A DNA stretch of 64,000 nt from Callorhinchus milii (taxonomy: Eukaryota), in contig NW_024704743.1 of the NCBI RefSeq assembly GCF_018977255.1, positions 26,662,001 to 26,726,000 of the forward strand, given 5' to 3'. Below, piece after piece: positions 38,259-49,065 of the stretch (the first letter of the stretch is position 1; the number at the start of each line of letters is the position of its first letter). Position numbers and translations under genes: made by a program. A model generated the notes under the pieces. It was not told where the DNA came from and ran no database searches. It saw only the letters and a list, made by a program, of their open reading frames with translations.

Positions 38259-38517
38259 TACAACAACAAAATTACATTTATAGAGCACCTTTCACGTCGG
38301 GAGGACGTCCCAAAGCACTGAACAGTCAGATGTTGGTGCCCGAGCATGAGGGAGGGGTGGTGTATGGGTGAAGGAAGGCAGAGAGGTGGGAGGGAGACCA
38401 AAGGCATGGTCGAAGAGAAGGGTCTTGAGACCGGCCTTGAAGGAGGCAAGGGAGGAAGCGAGGCGAAGGGACCGTGGGTTGTAGTTCCAGAGTGTGGGGG
38501 CAGAGAGGCTGAAAGTA
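38259..38517 (-). mobile_element. L2 3' end
   Basis: (caa)n tail; reverse complement encodes FKAGLKTLLFDHAF. Confidence 0.9.
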
Positions 38518-38835
38518 GCAGGTAAAATGACTCATGAGCAATGGAAGATCTTCAAAGATATGATAGCTCAAGGTCTAAATAGATATATTCCCACAAAAGG
38601 GAAATGTGCGACAACCAAGCCAGCCTGGATGACCAGGAATATTCTGTCTAGGATGAAAAAGAAGAAGACGGCGTACGACAATTGGAAGACGCAAGATACT
38701 GAGGATAGCAAAGCGCATTATAGAGAATGCAGGAGTGACTATTAGCCTTTATGCTACAGTATCAAGACATAGATATTCTGGAAGGATGAGATCAAATGGG
38801 TGGGTTCAAGGGCCTTTTTCATCCAAACGACTTGT
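38518..38835 (+). mobile_element. CR1 ORF2 fragment (EN-RT linker) and decayed tail
   Basis: Peptide EQWKIFKDMIAQGLNRYIP...KPAWMTRNI...KKKKTAYDNWK. Confidence 0.75.
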
Positions 38836-39167
38836 AATTGAGGTATTCCAAGTCATTTTCCATAAAATACAACAATAATAAGCAATGGGAACCCTGAACT
38901 ATTCCATAATACTCTCAAATACACAATCCCTTCACTTTACCGTATATCCCGAGAAGCGTTTTGAGTACCAATAACAGTCAGTACATCAAACTGATCCGCA
39001 GGAACTCTGCTTTTATAAAATAAATTTCTGCAGCAGAGTTCCTGTATGTCACCAGGAATTCTAATAGAATTCCTTAACTACAGAATTCCTTATTAAGGAA
39101 ACCAAGCGGTGTAAAATATGCATTCTCTGCAGCATGATGAAAGACTTCCCTGATGTAGATCAATGTT

Positions 39168-39541
39168 GAGTCCTGTAGCTCAGTGGTTAGAGCATTTACC
39201 TCGCAAGCGAGTGACCTGGGTTCAATTCCCGGCAGAGTGAAATGTTGGTCAAGTTTCCTTGCTCCACACGCCTCTGTTTACACAGCAGTAAGTAGGAACG
39301 CGAATGTTAGTCGATTGGCTGATCATTTTTCCTTGGGTAAAAATTCCTTCAAAAAAAAAATAATAATAAATGGGTCACTCAGTCCACGACTGTTTGTGGG
39401 ACACTACTGTGCGCAATTGGCTGCCACGTGTCTCTCATAAAATATACAGTCAATTCACTATACAGTATATTCTGTGAAGCGCTTAGACATGTCTCAAAGA
39501 TGTTGAGGTGCTGCATCAAATGCAAGGATTATTATTATTAT
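39168..39541 (+). mobile_element. Full-length tRNA-Ala-derived SINE (SINE2-1_CM-like)
   Basis: gagtcctgtagctcagtggttagagc...gggttcaattcccggc...caaatgcaaggattattatt. Confidence 0.92.
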
Positions 39542-39799
39542 AACCCATGATGCAAATTGCTTGTGGACTAGGATAACAGGTCCACATCTCTTTGCAGAGA
39601 ATGTGGCAGAGAACCTGACTCAGGTACTTTTCAAATTCTAATCCTTAATAAACCTTCCATTTTATGTAGCGCCTTTCATATCAAGAAGACGACTCAAAGC
39701 ACTTCATAGGATATGTGTGCCATCCACCCTTGCAAATTTCCCTGTATCTCTGAGACACTACCCTGCGTGGAGGGCACTATATAGTGCAAGTTGTTGTCT

Positions 39800-40135
39800 C
39801 TGGAATAGACTTGCACTCTCTCCTTGGAGGGAGTTACCCTGCTTACCTAATTCTGGAGAGTATTAGGCACATGGTGGCAATAATCAAGGTTTGGGGATCT
39901 CAGAGTCTCAGAGCCATTAAAATACTGCTCAAGTTTAATCAGCTAAACCTGCATAGTTTGCCATTGAAAGCACTGTCTGGTAAGCTTTCCTGCTACTTGT
40001 CAAGCTAGGATCACCCTACCTGTTAGGGTTTTGGGTTGCAGGGTTAACAGGAGCTGAATGGGAATCTCTGTTTGTAGTTACAGGTCTGTCCCGCCAAGTC
40101 CTGCTGACGAGCCAGACTGGCTGGTTTATCATCAT
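39800..40135 (+). repeat. Unclassified dispersed repeat (family X), near-complete copy
   Basis: Co-linear with 19950-20260; starts immediately after an old L2 tail at 39745-39797. Confidence 0.7.
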
Positions 40136-42453
40136 TGTTGAGGATCACCATGCAAAGGTTTAAATCGTGCTTTGAACCATAACTTGTTTAACTGCATAAC
40201 AAGTGGGCTGAGAAACAAGGGCTGACACCCTGCCAAACTCCAAAGATTAATTGAAAGGTTTTCTCTCGAAAGTTTCTCAGTGATAGAAACATGTTTGCTC
40301 GAGGACTTTGCAGGCCACATAAATCTTCTTGTATGAAAATCAATACCCCTGACCTATGCCGTATGCTTATTTCCTTTCACTTTTCCAAAATTGCAAAACT
40401 AAGAGAGTACAAAGCAGACTAATAAAATACCAAACACGTTCAATTGTTCTGAGATTCCAGTGCAATTGTTTTAAAATGAAAAGTAATTATCCCGATGCCC
40501 TGGTTGGGTAATGGCATACATACTAAAATATTACTGATTGAATTGGTCTGTGCAAAATTAGCTGATCTCATTGCTGCAGCCATTGGGACACTGCAATATG
40601 GGTCTAATTTGCAAATCAAATTTGTCATGCTAATAGCCACTTCCAGTTTGTGAAATTCATAGAAAATCGTGAATCCAAGCTGGGAAAGTCAGATAAGAGC
40701 AATTTTCTTCCCATCTTTACAGCCTACCTTAAGAATTATCTCCTTATCTCATTGGCTTTCAGACATCTTTTGTCTTATCACTATCTTCTTCAGCTCCCTA
40801 CCCCTGACTTGGTTGCCCATCAAGTTGTGTATTGCACTCTGTAATGTTCTCCTAACATGAAAAGCTATCTAAATGTAAATCGTATTGTGTTGTTTTGTTG
40901 TCTACCTGTTTTATGGACTTTGCTTGGATTTTGCAATTTACTAAAAAAAATTAGAAGGGTTAGAATATTAGAATGGAGATAGAAAAATAAAGTTGAAGCA
41001 AAGAAAGGGCAGTGGACAATTAGGGAAGAGAAAATAAAAAGAGACAAAGTGAGTAACATTCATAAAATTAATTATATTTGCTTCAAATTATGCATTCATA
41101 ATATCATGGTAGTTAACATTAATGTTACAGCACTGGCACTATTTCAAATATGAGAAGCTAGTACAGTATAAAATGTTCGAGTTAGACCACAATGTTGATC
41201 AAGTAGAGAGAGCTTTACAGAAGCCATTACTATACCTGTCTTGGGAGAGTTTGATGCTGCACTGGATGGCTGAAATTAGATAGCGTCCATTTTCTGGCAC
41301 TAATGTCAACTAGCACAACAATTCATCAATAGAAAAGCTCTCTGGTAGAACTCACATTTGCATTTCCTGATTAATAAGGCACCATACAGATCACACTCCT
41401 CTCTACAAGATCCCTTTGAACAGCTCCCAGAGACAATGATATACAGAATATCTATTACGTTTGCTGATCATTAACCTGATCACTCTTGTGGTCTTTCCCA
41501 GTCAGATTGCTCCATTTGTGCTGTATTACAGATAGTGTTGCGCTATACTATTGTACAATTGAGACTGGCCAAACAAAATTTACTTTGAATCTTACAGGCT
41601 TCCGAGAGAGGAAACTTCCACTATTTTCACTGTGGGTTGAACATGAACAAAAGAGGCAGGGTTTAAATGAGGACTGAGCTTATCAATTAATAGAAGTGGC
41701 AAAGTTTCAATCATTGTACCTAAAAAAAACATTTTATCTGATAATCTTAATGCCTTTTTCTGAGAAAGTAATAAAGGAATGCAAGATTTGAAAGGAATGA
41801 TGATTTATCTCAAATCTGTGAAAGCTCCCACATCCTATCAACATTTTCTAATTATTGCAGCTAAGAACTACTTTATCTGCTAATCATAATTTACGGCAAA
41901 TGAGCAAGTAATGAAAGGAGGCAAGAATGAAATAGGGTGACTAGTTGCTTTGACAAGTCAAAGCAGCTCCTCTATCTTATCAACGTTTTCCGGTCTATCT
42001 ATCTAGTCCTGTTGTCATGTCAACAGGTACTTATGACCTTAAAGCCCAATTGTCCAGACATTTAGATAGAAATTCCACGTCGGACTAGATTTATTATATT
42101 AACGTAGTGTTTCAAAGGGGTTAGAACCTATCAAATTCTTAAATACTCTCTTTAAGCCCTTAAATAAGCTCCTTAAGCCCTTTTTCTGCAAGTTTCTTTG
42201 AAAACTACCGAAAACAGATTTCAACATTAAACCCGTATTCAGCAATTTGCTAAATTCTGCACCCTCTGAAGTGTTACCTTAATCAAGTAAACCTATGCAT
42301 GTAAAATTTCTAACCCATGATAAATACAACTTGCTTTGAAATAATCATTGCTTTCTTGATGCCTAGTAAATGAGAGATAGATATTACAACTCAAATAAGC
42401 AGTAAAAAAGAGGCTTGTATAATATTACCAGTCAAACTGTCCAGCAAGTTACC

Positions 42454-42821
42454 AATAAATAATAATGATAATAATCATTGCATTTGATATAACGCTTTAT
42501 CATGTCTTCGAAATGTCTCAAAACACTTCATGGAATATACTGTAAACTGAATTGACTGTATATTTTGTGGGCAAAACGTGGCAGCCAATTGCGCACAGCA
42601 ATGTCCCACAAACAGTTGTGGATTGAGTGACCACATTTTTTTAAAGGAATTATTACCCCCGGAAAAGCGATCCGCCAAATGACTTACAATCGGATTCCTA
42701 CTTACTGGTAGGTAATCAGAGGCGTGTGGAGTAGGGCAACTTGCCCAACGTTTTGCCCTGCCGGGAATCGAACCCAGTTCACTTGCAAGGCGAGTGCTCT
42801 AACCACTGAGATACAGGATTC
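42454..42821 (-). mobile_element. Full-length SINE2-1_CM-like SINE
   Basis: Tail, body and head gccgggaatcgaaccc...gctctaaccactgagatacaggattc. Confidence 0.92.
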
Positions 42822-43467
42822 CAATACAATTCTATGAGGGTGGGTTGCTCCAACAAGATACTTTTTCCAAGATCCATCATAGTTACTTTGGGGGCGTGCT
42901 CAAGAATAAAACAGTTGACAACTCAGTTGGACATCATGGTTGTCATCAATAAATCTCTGATGACATTCTTAGTCTTTATTGGCAGTTCCAAGGCTTTGAC
43001 TTTGCATGGGATAGCCTGTTTAATGACCTATTTAATAATACATTATTCTCTGGTATTTCATGTGCAAATTAGACAAATTCAACCATTAGTTGTTTCCTTG
43101 GGAAAGCCATTAGTTCACTTCTTACACAGATTGAATTTTAATTCCTCTTTACCATTTAGAAATACTATTGTGGTTCCAACTTTCCTCATTCTCGAGTTCA
43201 TAAATAATCCCTTTTACTTAAAGGCAGCATTGATACGTCTTCAAGATGTCGCAAAGCACGTCACAAATCCTTTCACAGAAAGTAATTTCTGCAGTTTTTT
43301 TCTACCAATTCACAAAGAATATTAAAAATGTATTGTTTACAATGAAGTATTTCAAAATGAATTGACATTGTTGTTGCATTGATTGTATCACAATACAAAA
43401 TTCATTTGCATATACAGTATAGCAAAATGTATTTATATATCACCTGTCATATAATATATATATCATT

Positions 43468-43670
43468 CATAATAATGATCATTGCATTTGACATTGTGCT
43501 TATCACATCATTGAAACATGTCAAGCACTTCATAGATTTTAAAATGAAGGGTAGTGACTGTGCATTTGTAGGCAAATGTGGCAGCCAATTTGTGCAAGCA
43601 ATGTCCCGCAAACTGATCACTCTCTGAGTGATCAGTTTTTATCTGGTGGATGCCGAGAGAAATTCTCTGC
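43468..43670 (-). mobile_element. Old DeuSINE 3' part
   Basis: ttgcatttgacattgtgcttatc...ggcagccaatttgtgcaagcaatgtccc. Confidence 0.7.
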
Positions 43671-44617
43671 CTCAAAATGCTTAACAATTATGTTCTGGAG
43701 CACTGAAAAATGACAGACAAAGGAGAATTAGGGATGTTGACCAAAAATATGATCAAAAATATTTATTTTATGAAAAAGTTGAAGGCAAATTTTAACTTGC
43801 ATTTTTCATCCTTTTGATAATTATCAACAGTGACCATGAATTATATGAGATTCAGCATTCATACATTGTTTCTTGCCATGCCCCCTCCCCATACTGGTAT
43901 TTAAAATGAATTGCATGAGAAAGATCCATTTAGATTTTATATTGATGTTACGTGAGTTAAGGAGAGGGAAAGAAGAGCACATTAAAAATGAATTCGTTCA
44001 TCTGCCATAGCTATATAAATCTTCAGAATTACATCTTGATTTACACATGCACAGCAGTAGGTCCACATTTAACACTACCTTTACTGGAGAGATGACATAT
44101 CTGAATCTCTGTGAGTGCCTTATACTCTGACTGATCATTTATCCTCCCTCAGGGATCCTCAGTAAAACTCTGAAGAGATGATAAGACAATTGCTGTGGTA
44201 TTGATTTAAATTTATGGTTATTAAGCTCAGATAATAGACTGAGGAAAACTGTGCCAAGAGTAAGAATAATGCTAAAAATAATACAGTAACCTCCTGATAA
44301 CTTGCCCTGGCTTAACTTATCAGTACCACTTAATTCATCATTGCTGTCAATATACTGGCTGCATCTATTTATGTACATACAGTATATATATGCCTAACTT
44401 ACTACTCCGAATAACTTGTCACTAAGCTCTTTTCCCTTGGAATGATGAGTGATTAGGAGTTTACTGTAATTCTAATAACCCTTGCACTTTATATAGTGCC
44501 TTGTACCCCAGGTTTTATATAACAGCTTATCATGTCATTAAGACGTCTCAAAGCGCTTCACAGAATATACTCAGTGTTTGTAGGCAACTGCAGCACCCCT
44601 TTTGTGCACAGTTCAGT

Positions 44618-44740
44618 TAAGAATTAAGAACATAAGAACTTTCAAGGCAAAGGAAGACCAATTTCCATCTAGTTCCCCTCCGAGCATCACTTGACATATC
44701 ATGTCCCAAACTATATACTGGATCCTGAGATATTACTTTC
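44618..44740 (-). mobile_element. CR1-type 3' tail (cataagaa subfamily)
   Basis: taagaacataagaac...catgtcccaaactatatactggatcctgagatatta; homologous to 26038-26200. Confidence 0.6.
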
Positions 44741-45404
44741 AAATTTGTTGCACAAACAGGCATGACGTAAGTGATCAATTTTGATTTCAGGGATTGTTGA
44801 CCAGGATACCTGGAGCAAAGCAAGATATTATCAAGAAGTGCAATGCTCAACTTGAGCTTAAAATGCTCCTAGAATGCAATGGTAGCATAATTACTTGTAT
44901 ATCAGGTGAGCAGTTCTATAGTCTTGAAATCTTGTGAAGGAATAAGTCCACATGGGGTTAAATGAAGGTTCTAAAAAGCAAGATTTCTGAATCACAAAGA
45001 TTTGTACAGAGCAAATCCTGCCCGTGTCTAGATATGTTAAATCTGATCTCAGATTGGATTCCATGAAATCAGATGGTGACCAAAGGAGGTTCCTGATGCC
45101 CAGTGCCCTGTGAAAAACCAGTGGAGATCACGTCTGTCCAGAGATAGGATTACCTTGAGGTTCCCCCCTCCGCACCTCCATGGAGAATCACCAATGGCAG
45201 CCATGCTGACACAGTAAGTAATGTGAGAGGCTGAGCACCTCCCCATTGGGAATGAAGAACAAATCCATCTTGGCTGTTATTTTATTCAGCTTGATCAACT
45301 CTAGAATGGTACATATGCAATAAACAGTAGCTCAGTAGATAGCATAATTGAACCATTGAAATCAAATTTTATTTTACTAAGTGTGCTAGAAAGAAATGTG
45401 AGTC

Positions 45405-46125
45405 TTTTGATAAGGTTCCGCACCAGATGTTATTAGCAAAAATAAAACTGCATGGAATCCGAGGTAACCTTGCCACATGACTTGGTAATTGTTTGGGAGG
45501 CAGGAAATAGAGATTAGGGATAAAAGGAATGTTCTCTTATTGGTGGACATGACAAGTGGTGTTCCCCAGGGGTCTGTACTGGAGCCTCAGCTATTCACCA
45601 CACATATATATAAATGACTTGCATGAAGGAATAGAGTTTATATCAAAATTTGCAGATGACACAAAGTTGGGAGGCTCAGTAAATTGTGTGAATGGGAGCA
45701 AGAAGTTACAAAGGGACTTAGACAGATTATGTGAGTGGGGAAAACCAAGAACTGTGGAGGAGCAAAGGGATTTAGGTGTCCACGTACACAAATCACTAAA
45801 AACAAGCTCACGGGTACAAAAAGTTATCAAAAAGGCTAATGGAATGTTGGACTTTACCTCAAGGAGGACGGAATATAGAGGATAGAAAATGATGCTTCAG
45901 CTGTATAGAGCCTTGGTCAGACCCCATCTAGAGCACTGCGTTCAGTTTTGGGCACCACACCTCAGGAAGGATATATTGGCTCTGGAGAAGGTGCAGTGCA
46001 GATTCACCAAAGTGATACCAGGGCTTAAAGGGTCTAATTATGAAGACAGTTTGCTTAAACTTGGTCTCTATTCCCTTGAGTTTACAAGGTTAAGGGGTGA
46101 TCTGATTGAAGTTTTTAAAATAATA
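45405..46125 (+). mobile_element. CR1 ORF2 reverse transcriptase C-terminal fragment
   Basis: Motifs [20 protein letters not shown]...[41 protein letters not shown]. Confidence 0.92.
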
Positions 46126-46341
46126 GTCAGGAGTTAGCAAAAATAGTCACCTCAATCCTCATCCAAACCTCAGCCTCAAACTGTTACGGAATACGCATAC
46201 ATGACAGCATCACCTGATTCAAAGCATCCACAATGCAAATGGAAAATGAATTCGGAAATTGCATTCCAAAGATACTTCAAACTCCTGCAAAAATGCATAA
46301 AATACATCTCTCCTCATTCCAAGTCAATAAAGAAGAAGAAT

Positions 46342-46615
46342 TATAATAATTCTTACATTTGGTATTGTGCCTTTACCATTAAGAGGATGCCCCAAAATGC
46401 TTCACAGGATATATTGAAAAATGTATTGGCCAAAGGCCAATTTGCACACAGCAATGTCCCACAAACAGCCATGAATAGAATGACCTATTTTATTCAGGGG
46501 ATTGCTGGCCAGGACACTGGAAGAAACTCCCTTCCCTTTGAAATAGTGCATTGGGATCTTTATGGACCACTTGAAGTAAAGGAGATCTTGGTTTCACGTC
46601 TCATCTGAAGGACAG
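46342..46615 (-). mobile_element. Old DeuSINE fragment
   Basis: ggccaggacactggaagaaactccc...aatagtgcattgggatcttt...gtctcatctgaagg. Confidence 0.75.
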
Positions 46616-47689
46616 ACAGGATAATCTTCTATTGGTTTGTGGTATGAAAGACTATGTGTGAAAAACATAAATGAACCTAAATTTGTCTTATGACTGATAT
46701 AACCAGCATATCCTATTTACTCGGACATGACTGGTGCACATGTTTATTTTCCACACTGTACTAAATGTTCATTGTCCATAAAGATTATAAAGAGTTTAAT
46801 TGTTTGAGCACCATTAGTTCAGTTGACAGATTGCTTTAAAGCTCCAAACTTTACAATTAAATTATACTTTATTCTCTCTTTACGATCTAATTAAAAAAAT
46901 GACAAAAAGCTATACAATTGTATTTTACACATAAGACTCCTGATTCCTACCATCAGATTTGTTCTTAACCTTTTGCATAGATTTGTATTGACAGCTTGGA
47001 AAAGTTCAGCCCAATTTAACTGAAAGGAAGAAGAGCTTTCTTTTAGATGGGAAGTGCCTTACAATTTGTTCTTGACACATCCACAATTGACTACCATCAG
47101 GAGTCGAAACACTCTAGGACAGTACAAATCATTTACAGTGTCAACAGTAAAATTGTTTAAAGCCTTTGACAGGTTATATAGTGGAAAGGAATTCATGATG
47201 TTATTACAAGATGGCATTATGTTTCTTTGAAAAACACTTATACGTTTTGAGAAAGTTAAGAGATAAAGAGAAACCCAACCTCACATGCTTGTTGAATTAT
47301 ATGAGGAAAATGGAAGGTTGTTTCAAAAAATAATTGGGGCAAAATTTCCAGTGTTCCTAACCTGTTCCTTGAGCTAGTTAAGGATTGCTCACAAAGTTGT
47401 TCTCAATTCCTTAATTAGCATCATGACTATTAAAGGACCTACCTTTTCTCAGCGAACTGCACCTGGCCTCTAATCCCTCGTAGTCGGGGTTACCTGGTCA
47501 ACTGGCTGCTTGGTAGTAAAAAAGAAACCTAACTTTATAAGATTGATTTTCTGGTAAATGGCAAAAATGTGGTTGTAAATCCATATTAGGAGTTTTAACT
47601 TAGGGAAATCCTTTGTTCATGAACTAGTGCACAACCTTGGCATCTGGTTCAATCCTCAGCTCTTTTTTCCCTCACATCTGGTTACTGAC

Positions 47690-48375
47690 CAAGACTGCTT
47701 TTCTTCTCCTCCAACATATCACCCTTTCTGCCCCTAACTCACACCAAATGCTGCTAATATCCTGATCCATCCCTTTCAAACACTTTGGGATGTCCTCCCA
47801 ACGTGAAGGGTGCTATACAAATGTAATTTGTTGCTGTTGTTCTCTACCTGCTGCCTGGATGTTTCCAATGCATTCCCATCTGCCTCCTTAGCTCCACTAT
47901 CCATAACATCAATTTATCCAAAACCTCTCCACCCGCATCCTCACCCAAACTCTGTATGCCTATCATCCAAGCTGTCCCCAGGCTACACCCATTCCCTTTC
48001 TTCCAACAGATAAATTTCAACGTCCTCACCCTCATGTATAAACCTCTTCACTCTCCAGCACCTCCCTATCTCTTTGATCTTGTTCTAATCCACTTCTTTG
48101 CTGGCATCCCTCCAATCAGTTCTCAAGCTTGTTGGGCAACCTCCTCTCCTGCCTCACCATGCCAACATTGGTGGCTGAATCTTCAGATTCTACATCTATG
48201 GCCTCTGAAACTCTCTCCCTCTACCTTCTGCCTTGCCCATCCTGTTTCTGTCTTTACAACCTACTTCTTTGACCAGACCTGAACTCACTTGCCTCTTTCT
48301 CCTCCCCATGCTTGGTGTCTGACCCCATCTTTGTAAAGGGCTGCCTCGAGGAACACTCTATAATTTCAAGTTCCT
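47690..48375 (+). mobile_element. Old L2 3' end with a younger L2 tail nested at about 47775-47842
   Basis: L2 C-terminal remnants (FNVLTLMYKPLHSPAPPYL) interrupted by tttgggatgtcctcccaacgtgaagggtgctatacaaatgtaa(ttg)n. Confidence 0.7.
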
Positions 48376-48764
48376 ATTGTCATGCTATGGACTTACAACA
48401 GTCCATTTGTGTGTTTGAGGTTTTCTTTAGTAAGGAATGCCATGAAGAAATACTGCAAATTAGACCTCTGGGAGTTTCTGGGCTGAGAAAGGAATCGCAG
48501 AGTTGAAGGTAATGGCAGAAAACCGCCAGATTATAATGAGCTTTGAATTCATTAAAATAAGGGTTGAAGGGGATGATCTTAGACCCTAGTTAGTGAGAAC
48601 AAATTGTTAAGGAACAAGAAGGTGGAAGGTCAGAAGCGTTCGAGACCCCAACTGATAATATTTGAATAGCAGTGGAGTTGGAAGAAGAAATGGATTCCAA
48701 AAATGTGGAAGGGAAATTATAGTAAACACTTGTTTCTGGGTTATAGATACACACTGTCAAGTAA

Positions 48765-49065
48765 CATGTATATACAGTTATTGCCCTCAAAATATACAAG
48801 GCTACACCACTTTTCAGTTTATCCTATGAAGTGCTTTGAGATATCTCAACGGTGTGGTAAGGTGCTATATCAAATGCAGGTACATATTATTATTATTATT
48901 ACTATTATGAAATCATTTATCACCCCCAGATTGTGTAAATTGGCTGCTGAGTTTCGCCCACAAATATCCAGTCAATTTACTTTACAGTATATTCTGTGAA
49001 GTGCTTTGAGACATCTAGAAGATGTGAAAAACGCTATGCGAAATGCAAGGGTTATTATTACTATT
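48765..49065 (+). mobile_element. Two tandem SINE 3' tails
   Basis: gtgctttgagatatctc...atcaaatgcagg(att)n followed by aattggctgctg...gaaatgcaagggttattatt. Confidence 0.8.

Noticed and set aside
42834..43325. 163-aa hydrophobic ORF; opposite strand reads HQRFIDDNHDVQLSCQLFYS*ARP
   Set aside because: No recognisable domain and it runs into a SINE-like tail; the transposase-like minus-strand patch is too short to support
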